In this document: piece by piece, positions 49,256 through 58,465 of the stretch
Position numbering within the stretch: the first letter of the stretch is position 1
How the letters are laid out: the number at the start of each line of letters is the position of its first letter
Source of the DNA: Planctomycetota bacterium
GTDB taxonomy: Bacteria; Planctomycetota; UBA1135; UBA2386
DNA: 64,000 nucleotides
Direction: 5' to 3'
NCBI GenBank assembly: GCA_965223545.1
Contig: OZ245006.1
Span: 6,080,001 to 6,144,000, forward strand
The notes under the pieces: model-generated
Seen by the model: only the letters and a program-made list of their open reading frames with translations
Databases searched by the model: none
Told to the model about the DNA's origin: nothing
Translations under genes and position numbers: made by a program

Positions 49256-49475
49256 GCTCCCTCGGCCTCTGGATCGAGAGCTAGCGGGGCCGCCCGCAGC
49301 TCCATCACCATCAGCGCCGGTCCAAGACGAGGCACAGGGTGCGACCGACGCCGATGGTGACGGAGCTGCGGGCGGCGGTCCCGGTTCGTGGTGCGTGGAT
49401 GTGCGGCCTGGAGTGAAGATCGCTGAATCAAGAGAGCGGGTTTCGTCACGGAGTGGTGCGCACTCGCCTCAGCTC
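49256..49475 (+). repeat. 220-bp direct repeat, copy 2, with hairpin
   Basis: Near-identical to 46868-47087. Confidence 0.92.
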
Positions 49476-49587
49476 TGGAGTCGAGATTGTTGGGAGCAGG
49501 GTAGCGTGCGATTCGCCGGCCGCTTTCGCAGATTCCTTGTCGGATTCTTGCATGTTGACTCCCTCTTTAGTAAGGTCGCTAATTCAA

Positions 49588-50286
49588 ATGACGAGCAAGG
49601 CAGTTCGATCCCGGCGCGGTGGACGGCGCCGTGGGGTGGTGCAGGGTGAGCTGCCGTTTCGGCAGTGGGGTGGGGCTCGGGAGGGGGCTGGGCGGCCAAA
49701 GGTGAGTGATGAGACGGTGCCGCACTTGGCGCGGGGGGCGTTGGTGGCGCGGTATCCGTTGCACTTGACGGTGCGGTTGTGTCGGGGGTTGCCGGGCTTA
49801 CGGAATGCGCGGACGTACTGGATGTTGGTGGAGCGGATCCGGGCGGGGTGTGGGCGGTTCGGGTTTCGGTTGGTGGAGTTCTCGGTGCAGCGCGATCACT
49901 TGCACCTTCTGGTCGAGGCGAAGGACCGGGAGGCGTTGACGCGGGGGATGACCGGGCTGTTGGTGCGGATGGCGCGGGGGTTGAACAAGCTGTGGGGGCG
50001 CTCGGGGCGGGTGTTTGCCGAGCGGTTTCACGAGCGGGTGCTGCGCTCGCCGACGGAGGTGCGGCGGGCGTTGGTGTATGTGCTGCAGAATGCTTGGCAC
50101 CACCGGCAGCGGCCGCGGCAGCTGATCGACGTCTACTCGTCGGGGCCCTGGTTCGACGGGTGGCGCGAGGGGGTGGAGCTGTCGGAGCCGGTGGCGCGGC
50201 CGACGGTGCGGGCGCGGACTTGGCTGCTGAAGGGCGGGTGGCGGCGGTCGCGGGGGCGGTTGGACTTCCGCGAGCGGCCGGCGTAG
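49588..50286 (+). CDS. Y1/HUH transposase (IS200/RAYT-like TnpA)
   Basis: LHLTVR, FSVQRDHLHLLVEA (HUH), VFAERFH and VYVLQN (catalytic Tyr). No adjacent tnpB. Confidence 0.82.
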   Translation: MTSKAVRSRRGGRRRGVVQGELPFRQWGGAREGAGRPKVSDETVPHLARGALVARYPLHLTVRLCRGLPGLRNARTYWMLVERIRAGCGRFGFRLVEFSVQRDHLHLLVEAKDREALTRGMTGLLVRMARGLNKLWGRSGRVFAERFHERVLRSPTEVRRALVYVLQNAWHHRQRPRQLIDVYSSGPWFDGWREGVELSEPVARPTVRARTWLLKGGWRRSRGRLDFRERPA

Positions 50287-50427
50287 CAGCGGAGTTGAGG
50301 CCACCCCTGCGAAGGGATTCTGTGGGGCGCAAATGGGAGTGGGCCGGAGAATCCTGCGAGGTCGTTGAACCGGTTTGTTGCGTTGCGGGCAGGAGTTGGT
50401 GGGGTGCCGATGAGAAAGGGGTAGGGC

Positions 50428-52767
50428 GTGATGCAGAACGACGAGCGGCGGGATTGGTTGCGGCAGCTGGCGGTGACACTGGCGCGGGGCGCGAGCGATG
50501 AAGTTGGCCAGCGGGTTTGGTTGACCGCTCTCGAGCAGGGGCGGTCCGGGGTGGCGCGGCCCGCGGCCTGGTGGCGCGGGGTGGCGCGCAATCATGCGCG
50601 CCGGGTCCGGCGGGAGCGGTTGCGTCGCAGCGCGCGCGAGCGCGCCGCGGCGGTCGCTGCGAGCAGTCCGTCGGCGCTGGCGGTGGTCGAACGCGACGAG
50701 GTCGCCGGTCGGTTGGCGGCGGCCGTGCGTTCGCTGGATGAGCCGTATCGCGTCGTCGTTGAGGCGCGCTTCTTCGAGGGGCTGGCTCCGCGGAGCATCG
50801 CCGCGCGGCTCGGGGTGCCGGTGGAGACCGTGCGCACCCGGCTCAAGCGAGCGCTGGCGCAGCTGCGCGCTCGGCTCGATCGCGCTCCCGGTGGCCGTGA
50901 GGCTTGGCTTGCCGCGGTGGCGTGGTCGGCACGCCGTAGCAGGGTCGCCGGGTCGGCGCGTCTGGTGGCAGCCTCCACGGTGGCGGGTGGCGCGGCGCTG
51001 GCGTACTTGGCCGGTGTGGTGGCGGCGCCGGAGCCGCAGTGGGGCCCGGCGGCGGTGGAGAAGGCGGCCGAGGCGCAGGTGGCGGCGCCCATGAATGCCG
51101 CCACTGCCGATCGCGAGCCAGTCTCGGTCCGCGCGCGGCGTCGCGCCGTCACGGCGCACGCTGCAGGTGTGTTCGACGCGGGCGCCGGCACCGGGACGCA
51201 CGTCACAGCGACCACCGTTCTCGAGCACGCGGCCGCGGTGGCGACGGCCGCGGTCATGCGCGACCTCGCGGTCGCCCAGCGAGCCGTCGTCGCGCGGACG
51301 GCGATCGACGAAGACGGTGATCGGATTGGCGAGTTTGCCTACCTCGCCGAGCTGCTCGGCGGAGGTCGCGTGGCGGACGGCCGCCGGCCGGCATTGCGGC
51401 ACGCACTTGGGCCGGTGCGCGAGGGCGTCAGCATCTACGGCGACTACTGCGTCCGCGTTTGGCTGCCGGGTGTCGATGCGCGGCCACTTGCCGAGGCCGC
51501 GGAGGGCGGGGTTGGCTACGAGGCGCCGGTGCCCGACCTTGCCGAGCAATGGTGGTGCGCCTATGCCTGGCCGCGCAGCCCGAAGATCGGCGGCGCGGTC
51601 CTGTTCATCAACCAAGACGGGCAGCTGTTGGCGACGCCGAACGCCAACCGGCGCTACGCCGGTCTCGGACGGGGGCCGCGGCCCGAGGCTGCCTATGCCT
51701 GGGGTGCGCGTGGCATCGACCGTGGCACCGCAGTGCGGGCAATCGACGGGCGCAGCGTCGACGGTGAGCGGTGGTTGCCGGTGCACGTGGGGCAGCGAGA
51801 CTTGGTGCTGCACGTGCGCAGAGCCGATGGTGCGGTCGCCGGTGATGTGCGGGTCACTGTGGCGCCACCGCAGGCGGCACGGGTGTTCGGCGACGCGGAG
51901 GTGGCGCGCCTGCGCGCGCACCGGGACGACATCGCCGCCTTGGCGCAGAGTGGTTGCCGGCTGCCGTTGGCGTCCGGCGTGACCGGCGTCGACGGCAGCG
52001 TGCGGTTGCGTGGTGCCCCGGTGGTCGACGCCGTGATCGTCTTGACCACGCGTCTGGGCGGCGTCGTTCCGGCGCGAATCGAGATGAAGGATGGCGCGCT
52101 CATCGCGCACCTCGCCGCCGACGTGGCGGACGTCGCGGCCGCGCGTCGCGATGCAAACGAGGCCGCGGCGATCGCCACGCTGCGCAACTTGGCTTCCGCG
52201 CAGGCGCAGTGCCGCGCATCGGGGGCATTGGACACCGACGGCGACGGCAAAGGGGAGTTCGGCTACCTGGCGGAGATGGCGGGGAGTGCGCAGCGCCACG
52301 GGCGCGGTGGAGTTCTGCTGCAGCGGATCTCGCCGCCGTTCTTGTCGGCCGGCTTCGCTGCCTTCGATCCCGAGCAACCCGCCGCGATCGGCGTGCAGCG
52401 CAGCGGCTATTGCTTTGCGGTTTTCTTGCCCGATGCGTTCGGCCTGCCGCTCGCCGAGGCGAGTGCCGGCGGCTGTGGCGGGGTGGTTCCTGATGCCGCC
52501 GCCGGCGCGCGGTGGTGGTGTGCCTATGCCTGGCCGGTCTCGCTGGACCGCAGCGGCGGCCGCACGTTCTTCATCGATCAGGAAGGCGACGTGCTCGCCG
52601 CCGACAACGCGCGCACGCGGTACAGCGGTTGGCTGCGTCCACCGGCGCCCGATGCGGCCCGCGCCGCCGATGGCGACGGGCGGCTCTCGTCGCCTTCGGC
52701 GGTGCAGGCGGCGGCAGGGGCGGAGGCACCCGGTCGCGACCGCCAGCTTTGGCGGCCGGCCTTCTAG
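50428..52767 (+). CDS. ECF sigma factor fused via a TM segment to two repeated pilin/DUF2950-like domains
   Basis: Region 4 SIAARLGVPVETVRTRLKRA; hydrophobic segment; two copies of D.DGD..GEF.YLAE...WWCAYAWP...F.I.Q.G. Confidence 0.72.
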   Translation: MMQNDERRDWLRQLAVTLARGASDEVGQRVWLTALEQGRSGVARPAAWWRGVARNHARRVRRERLRRSARERAAAVAASSPSALAVVERDEVAGRLAAAVRSLDEPYRVVVEARFFEGLAPRSIAARLGVPVETVRTRLKRALAQLRARLDRAPGGREAWLAAVAWSARRSRVAGSARLVAASTVAGGAALAYLAGVVAAPEPQWGPAAVEKAAEAQVAAPMNAATADREPVSVRARRRAVTAHAAGVFDAGAGTGTHVTATTVLEHAAAVATAAVMRDLAVAQRAVVARTAIDEDGDRIGEFAYLAELLGGGRVADGRRPALRHALGPVREGVSIYGDYCVRVWLPGVDARPLAEAAEGGVGYEAPVPDLAEQWWCAYAWPRSPKIGGAVLFINQDGQLLATPNANRRYAGLGRGPRPEAAYAWGARGIDRGTAVRAIDGRSVDGERWLPVHVGQRDLVLHVRRADGAVAGDVRVTVAPPQAARVFGDAEVARLRAHRDDIAALAQSGCRLPLASGVTGVDGSVRLRGAPVVDAVIVLTTRLGGVVPARIEMKDGALIAHLAADVADVAAARRDANEAAAIATLRNLASAQAQCRASGALDTDGDGKGEFGYLAEMAGSAQRHGRGGVLLQRISPPFLSAGFAAFDPEQPAAIGVQRSGYCFAVFLPDAFGLPLAEASAGGCGGVVPDAAAGARWWCAYAWPVSLDRSGGRTFFIDQEGDVLAADNARTRYSGWLRPPAPDAARAADGDGRLSSPSAVQAAAGAEAPGRDRQLWRPAF

Positions 52768-52854
52768 CCCCGCTCCGCTCTGCCAGCGGCCGCTCCGCTG
52801 AGAAAATCCATCGGGCGGGGGGACAACGATGGCGTCCCGGGTCCAATAGGGGCG

Positions 52855-54237
52855 ATGCAGCGCTCGATCGCCTGGTTGCTCCCCCTGTGCGGTGGGGGCA
52901 TCGCCGCCGCGGCCGGTGGCCAAGTCGACTGGCTTCGCGCCGCGCCGCCGATGGAGCCGTCGGCGCGCTGTTGTACGGAGATGACGTTCGATGCCGCCCG
53001 AGGGAGGGCGGTGATCTTCGGTGGCTTCGATCCGCTGCGCGGCTTCTTGGCGGAGACGTGGGAATGGGATGGGAGTGCTTGGACATTGCCGTCCACGGCG
53101 GGGCCTTCGGCGCGCGATTCCCATGGCCTTGTCTACGACGCCGCGTTGGGGGCGACCGTTCTGTTCGGTGGCGGCCGCGACGGCGCGCCGTTCGGCGACA
53201 CCTGGACCTGGGACGGCAGCACGTGGCGGCAGCTGGGTGGCGTCGGCCCGCCCGGGCGCCGAGCGTTTGCCATGGCATACGATTCGAGCCGGGGCGAGGT
53301 CGTTCTGTTCGGTGGAGCGGCGAGTGGCTTGCTCGGCGATACCTGGGTGCTGCGGAGTGGGCAGTGGATGGCGCGCGCGCCGTCCGGCGCTCCGTCGCCG
53401 CGGGCTGGCTGCGTCATGGCCTACGACGCTTGGCGCGATCGCGTCGTGCTGTTTGGCGGTGGCCGGGTCTTGTCGCGCTCCTATCTGGGTGACACGTGGG
53501 AATGGGACGGCACCGATTGGACCCAGCGATCGCCGGCGAACGCACCGTCTCCGCGCGGCCGCCACGCGATGGCTTGGGATGCGGCCCGCGGCCGCGTCGT
53601 GCTGTTCGGCGGTGAGGACGATTCTGTGCGCTACGCCGACGTTTGGGAGTGGGACGGAACGGACTGGCAGCAGCGCGTTCCTTCGCGATCGCCGCCGGCG
53701 CGCCGCACGCACGCGGTGGCCTACGACAGCTGGCGCGAGCAGGTGGTCATGTTCGGCGGTGTGTCGTCAGCCGGTTTCTTCGGCGACACGTGGGTGTATG
53801 CGCCGTTGACGCCGGCGCAGCACCAGACGTTTGGCACTGGCTGCGTGGGCAGCGCCGGGGTCGTGTCTCTTGTTCCGGACCCGAGGGCGCGCCCGTGGAT
53901 TGGCGATACGTTCCGGGTGCGGGTCGCGGGGGCGCCCGTGAGCGGTCTCTCGGTGATGTCCATCGGCAGCTCGACCACGAGCTGGCGTGGCCTCGTGCTG
54001 CCCGCCGACCTGGGCGCGCTGTTGGGCATGCGGAGTTGCACGCTCTACACCGGCCTCGACCTCGTCCTACCGTTGGTCCGAAGCCAAGGCGTGCCGACGC
54101 TTGCGGTTGCGGTTCCGAACGCCGCCGGCTTGGTCGGGGCGCAGCTGCACAATCAGGCCTTCACCGCGGATCCCGCGGCGAATCCTGCGGGCGTGACCGC
54201 CTCGGACGGAGGCACCGCGCGGATCGGCGCGCGTTGA
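52855..54237 (+). CDS. Secreted kelch-repeat protein
   Basis: About six repeats of MAYD..RGRVVLFGG...DTWEWDG after a signal peptide. Confidence 0.85.
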   Translation: MQRSIAWLLPLCGGGIAAAAGGQVDWLRAAPPMEPSARCCTEMTFDAARGRAVIFGGFDPLRGFLAETWEWDGSAWTLPSTAGPSARDSHGLVYDAALGATVLFGGGRDGAPFGDTWTWDGSTWRQLGGVGPPGRRAFAMAYDSSRGEVVLFGGAASGLLGDTWVLRSGQWMARAPSGAPSPRAGCVMAYDAWRDRVVLFGGGRVLSRSYLGDTWEWDGTDWTQRSPANAPSPRGRHAMAWDAARGRVVLFGGEDDSVRYADVWEWDGTDWQQRVPSRSPPARRTHAVAYDSWREQVVMFGGVSSAGFFGDTWVYAPLTPAQHQTFGTGCVGSAGVVSLVPDPRARPWIGDTFRVRVAGAPVSGLSVMSIGSSTTSWRGLVLPADLGALLGMRSCTLYTGLDLVLPLVRSQGVPTLAVAVPNAAGLVGAQLHNQAFTADPAANPAGVTASDGGTARIGAR

Positions 54238-54252
54238 CGCCGCCGCGTGCGC

Positions 54253-55431
54253 TCACTTGCCTGGAACGAACGGTTGCCAGCTGTACGGCAGCCTGAAGGC
54301 GCGGTAGATCGCCGGGCCGACCCTGCCATTGGCGACACCGATGGCAGCCTCGAACGGCGACATGTACTCCCACACGATGACGCCGTTGGAGTCGATCTCG
54401 AACAGGCGTCCGCGCACGGCCGAGTTGATCAACGTGTTGCCGTTGGGCAGGCGGCGCGCGTTGCCCATCACGGCGGAGTAGAACAACATGCTGAAGCGCC
54501 CGCTGTTGGCGGCGTCGTACGCCCACGCGGTTTGCTTGAGGTTGGCGTCGATCTCGATCACCCGGGAGAACGACGGCGAGAACGGCGTGTTCATCGGGAA
54601 GCCGCCGCCGGCTCCGTTGTCGAAGACCAGGATGCGGCCGGCGCCTGGCAGGTCGGGTGGCAGCATCAGCGGGGCGTGCTGGCCGAATGTCTGGTTGTTG
54701 TCGGGGCCGATCTTCCACACCACCACGCCGGTCTGCTTGTCGACGATGAAGATGATGTTGGTGTTGCGATGGCTGAGCAGCAGATTGCCCCGCCGGAGGG
54801 CGGGATCGGAGTGCTGGTTTGCGGGAAGCTCGGACACCGAGTTGGTGTGGGCCCAGTCGCCGCCGAGGCTCGCGATCAGCTGTTGTGACTGCGCGGAGAA
54901 GCCGAACTCCGCGAAGTGCGCCGACGTGTACCAGGTCCACACGGTCTGCCCGGCAGGATCGACCTCGAGCAGGAAGTCGTCCGCGATGGGCTGGGGCGAG
55001 ATTGCGGGCACGGTGGTGCGGACCGCGCAAAGGAGCATCGTGTTTCCGTTGCGCAGTCGCCGCACATCGTGGTGCTGAAAGCCCAACGACGCCGGCAGCG
55101 TGTACGACCAGACCACGTCCCCGCTCCAATCCAGCTCGAAGATGCGCTGGGAGCCGCGTTGCGACGGCGTCTTCGACGCCGCGAGGATGTGGCCGTTGCG
55201 CAGCGGACTCGCGGTGACCAACATCTCGCCGGCGATCGGGCTGCGCCACCGGTTGATCACTCGACCGAACATGTCGATCAGCATGATCTCGCCGGTCGGG
55301 GCCTCGAACATCGTGAACCCGTCGTCGGTCCGAGACTGGTCCCAGATGGTGGTTCCGGTCGGATAGACGGACTGGGCCGCGGCCGACAGGGTCAGCAGCG
55401 CACCGGCGATCGTGATGCGGTTTCCAAGCAT
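54253..55431 (-). CDS. Aryl-sulfate sulfotransferase (ASST)-like secreted protein
   Basis: QHHD, DWAHTNSV, GQHAP, FDNG and RLPNGNTLI motifs; signal peptide. Confidence 0.8.
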   Translation of the reverse strand: MLGNRITIAGALLTLSAAAQSVYPTGTTIWDQSRTDDGFTMFEAPTGEIMLIDMFGRVINRWRSPIAGEMLVTASPLRNGHILAASKTPSQRGSQRIFELDWSGDVVWSYTLPASLGFQHHDVRRLRNGNTMLLCAVRTTVPAISPQPIADDFLLEVDPAGQTVWTWYTSAHFAEFGFSAQSQQLIASLGGDWAHTNSVSELPANQHSDPALRRGNLLLSHRNTNIIFIVDKQTGVVVWKIGPDNNQTFGQHAPLMLPPDLPGAGRILVFDNGAGGGFPMNTPFSPSFSRVIEIDANLKQTAWAYDAANSGRFSMLFYSAVMGNARRLPNGNTLINSAVRGRLFEIDSNGVIVWEYMSPFEAAIGVANGRVGPAIYRAFRLPYSWQPFVPGK

Positions 55432-55532
55432 GGCGAGGTGGGCAGGCGAGGTGGGCTGGCCGTGGCTTCACGGTAGCGTGGTCGGTGCGGCCGTGCAGCC
55501 GGGGGGAGGCGGCAAATCGCCGCGCCTCGCTT

Positions 55533-56837
55533 TCACCCGCCGCGCACCAGCCGGAGGCGGTGTGGATCGGCCCATGGCTGCGGCAACACCGGAAACCGCC
55601 GCGGCATCCCCAAATGCCCTGACAGGGCACTCCAGAGGACCGCGCGGTAGTCCACGGTCGACGGCAGCGCGTCGAGGGCGAGCTCCGCGTCGCCGAGGTC
55701 CGGTCCGTGCTGGCCCGCGACCACCCGTCCGCCCGCGGCCAGCACCACGCCGCCATCGCCGTGGTCGGTGCCGCCGGCGGCGTTCGGTTGGATCTTGCGC
55801 CCGAACTCCGAGGTGACGATCACCAGTACCCGCTGCCACAGACCGATCGCGCGCAGGTCGTCGGCAAACGCGGTGAGCGCGGCGTCGAACTCGGCCAGGC
55901 GCGCGGCGTGCCGGCCGGCGGTCGTGCCCTGGCCCGAGTGCGTGTCGAACCCGCTCATCGAAGTCAGCACGACGCGCGTCGTCGGACTCGCGGCCAGCAG
56001 CACGGCCGCGTCCGCCAGCGACTTGCCGATCTCGGTGCCGGGGTATGCCGCCGCGTTGCCGGGGTACTGGGCCAGCGCGGCCTGGACGCGTGGCAGCATG
56101 CTCCACGCGGTGCGCACCCGTTGCCGCGCCGCCCCGGCCAGCGGTGGGCCCGGTCGGTTCAACATTGTCTGCACGGTCTGCAGGCGGTGCTCGTGGTTCG
56201 CCCAGTAGCCGGGATCGACGTAGAGGGCGTAGTTGGCCAGCCGCGAGGCCTGCACCAGCGGCGTTCGACCACCCATGAAGGCGACGCTGCGGCCGTTGCC
56301 GATGCGCACGGCGCCGAGCGGGTGTGCCGCATAGTTGTCGGCGTAGCGCGCGATCCACCCGCTGCGGGCGACGCCGGGCACCTGGCCGGGACCGGCGATC
56401 GCCCGGTGCCAGGCATCCTGGCTGAGGAAGTGGCTGAAGGTGGCGTTCGGCACGCCGACCTTGTGCACGAACGCGAGCTCCCCTCGGTTCCACAACCTAT
56501 GCAGACCGGGCAGCGCCGGGTGGAGTCCGTAGCGGCGGGTCGGTGCCGGCCCTCCCGTCAGCGGCAAGCAGGCGCTGGCGGGCAACGCCAGCGTGCCGCG
56601 CCGGCTCGCGTAGCTCGGCAGTTGCAGTGGCACTACGGTGTTGAGCGCGTCGTTGCCGCCCCCGAGCTCGATCACCACGAGCGTGGTGGCCGCGGGTCGC
56701 TCGGCGCGCGCAATGGCGCGCGGCGCCACCGCGGAGAGCGCAGTGGCGCCACCGAGGGCGGCGCCGCCGCGCAACAGCTGGCGCCGGGTGAGTCGCGCCG
56801 CCGGGGTGGCCGTGCGAGATGCATCAGAGGTCTTCAT
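55533..56837 (-). CDS. DUF1501-family protein with a Tat signal
   Basis: TRRQLL, GGNDALN, SHF, GFDTH, SEFGR and GTDHG motifs. Confidence 0.88.
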   Translation of the reverse strand: MKTSDASRTATPAARLTRRQLLRGGAALGGATALSAVAPRAIARAERPAATTLVVIELGGGNDALNTVVPLQLPSYASRRGTLALPASACLPLTGGPAPTRRYGLHPALPGLHRLWNRGELAFVHKVGVPNATFSHFLSQDAWHRAIAGPGQVPGVARSGWIARYADNYAAHPLGAVRIGNGRSVAFMGGRTPLVQASRLANYALYVDPGYWANHEHRLQTVQTMLNRPGPPLAGAARQRVRTAWSMLPRVQAALAQYPGNAAAYPGTEIGKSLADAAVLLAASPTTRVVLTSMSGFDTHSGQGTTAGRHAARLAEFDAALTAFADDLRAIGLWQRVLVIVTSEFGRKIQPNAAGGTDHGDGGVVLAAGGRVVAGQHGPDLGDAELALDALPSTVDYRAVLWSALSGHLGMPRRFPVLPQPWADPHRLRLVRGG

Positions 56838-58348
56838 CGCAGTAGGAAGGTGGGGTGTTGGCCGAGGATGTAGACCAGCCCGCGCAGGCGCTCCTCGAGG
56901 TGCAGCGTGCTCCCTGGGTTGAACGGGCTCGGCACGACCTCACCGGTCGTCTGCCGCTCGGTGTCCAGATAGGTCACGCAGTCGGCGTGCTCGGCCGGCA
57001 TCAGCTCGACCCGCAGTCGCCAAGTCAGGTGGTCGACCACTTCTTGCGAGGTCGCCGTCGGCGAGGGCAGCAACGACGCCAACTCGTAGCCGTAGCCGGC
57101 CTGGTGCGTGCGTGCCGAGATCAGGTCGCGCAGCAGGTTGATCGAGGCGATCACCGTGTGCGAGGCGAGCCAGGCCCCGCCGACCGGCCACCCCTCGATG
57201 CTCGGGCATTGCGTCGGTGACTGCCCGGCGAGGCGCAGCCCGGTGCGCAGGTCATCCATGGCCATGCGCATGCCGGTGGCGCGCTGCGCACCCATGATCC
57301 ACTCGAGCGGCCCGCGCACGGTGCTGTGCCGCGCCGTCGCGCTGTAGAACGCCTGCGACAGGAACAAGGTGCGCAGCACTGGCCGCAGCTCGAAGCCCGA
57401 CGCGCGCATCAGCGCGGCGAGCTCGTCGACGAGCGCGGTCGGTGGGTTGGGCCAGCAGAAATGCTCGAGCAACTTGGTACTGATCCACTCGGCCGCCGGA
57501 CGGCGCGCCAGGGTGATGTCGATGACCTCGTCGAAGTCGTCCTCGAGGGCGGTGCCCGGGATGGTGACTCCGAAGATGACCTTGTCGCCCTCATCCTTCC
57601 GCTTGGGCTCGAACACCACGTACGGCACCCCGGTCACGCGGTTGATCCGGTAGTCGTAGCCGGTGAATGCGCGCGCGGCTTCGTCGATGTCGGCCTCGGA
57701 GTAGCCGCCGTTGGCGCCCAGTGAGTAGAGCTCCCAGAACTCCCGGGCGAAGTTCTCGTTCGGCGCTTGCCACCGGTTGCTGATCCCGTCGAGCACCAGC
57801 AGGGTGACCCAGTCGCGCGCCATGTCGAGCAGCAGATCGCGGACGTTGCCGAAGGCGTGCCGCCGCAGCAAGTCGACGTGCGGCAGCATCCAGGACAGCG
57901 CCGAGGGAGCCACTGCATCCTGGGACATCCCGAAGTGATCCTCCCAAAACAGGGCGAGGATCTCCTGGGTCGGGTTGGGGTTGTCCTCGATCAGCCGCAG
58001 GCGCCAGTCGACCAGCTCCGACCAGACCGGCTGTTGTGGATTGTTGATCAGCGCACGGGCGCGCTGCTCGAAGGGTTGGCTGCCGATCGGCGCGTGCCGC
58101 AGGATGCGGTCGACGAACGCGGGCACGCCGTCGCGCTGCAACTCCTCGTACTCGGCAGGGGTGACGGCGAACCGCGTGCGCACCAAGAGATGACGCAAGT
58201 CGTCGTCAGTGAACGACGTCTGTGGGGCGAGCGTCGGTTGAGTCGTGCTCGCGGACAGATGAGGTGGGAGGGGAACCGCAGTGCGATCGCAGCTGGCCAA
58301 AGCCCAAGCTGCTCCGAGCAGAGCGCCGATGGGAGCGAGGTAACGCAT
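56834..58348 (-). CDS. DUF1800-family lipoprotein
   Basis: LASC lipobox, LFWEDHF, PNENFAREFWELYSLG and ARAFTG; paired with DUF1501. Confidence 0.88.
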   Translation of the reverse strand: MRYLAPIGALLGAAWALASCDRTAVPLPPHLSASTTQPTLAPQTSFTDDDLRHLLVRTRFAVTPAEYEELQRDGVPAFVDRILRHAPIGSQPFEQRARALINNPQQPVWSELVDWRLRLIEDNPNPTQEILALFWEDHFGMSQDAVAPSALSWMLPHVDLLRRHAFGNVRDLLLDMARDWVTLLVLDGISNRWQAPNENFAREFWELYSLGANGGYSEADIDEAARAFTGYDYRINRVTGVPYVVFEPKRKDEGDKVIFGVTIPGTALEDDFDEVIDITLARRPAAEWISTKLLEHFCWPNPPTALVDELAALMRASGFELRPVLRTLFLSQAFYSATARHSTVRGPLEWIMGAQRATGMRMAMDDLRTGLRLAGQSPTQCPSIEGWPVGGAWLASHTVIASINLLRDLISARTHQAGYGYELASLLPSPTATSQEVVDHLTWRLRVELMPAEHADCVTYLDTERQTTGEVVPSPFNPGSTLHLEERLRGLVYILGQHPTFLLR

Positions 58349-58465
58349 GGGAAGCGCGGGGCAGCACTTCTCCGACCGATGGCGCGGTCTCGCTGTTAGC
58401 CGCGCGCTCGCTTTCCGCGCGACTTCTCGTGTGCGCAACTTTGCACACGCACGGTCGCGCGCGCT

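Noticed and set aside
46868..49475. CRISPR array or integron attC array
   Set aside because: Only three long hairpins, with conserved loops and no unique spacers or cassettes. No cas or integrase gene, and no clear RYYYAAC/GTTRRRY boxes.
49798..53712. 1304-aa minus-strand ORF
   Set aside because: Arg/Pro-rich shadow of three motif-bearing plus-strand genes.
58395..58465. Imperfect intergenic hairpin
   Set aside because: GC-rich and imperfect with no U-tract; cannot be distinguished from chance or a weak terminator.
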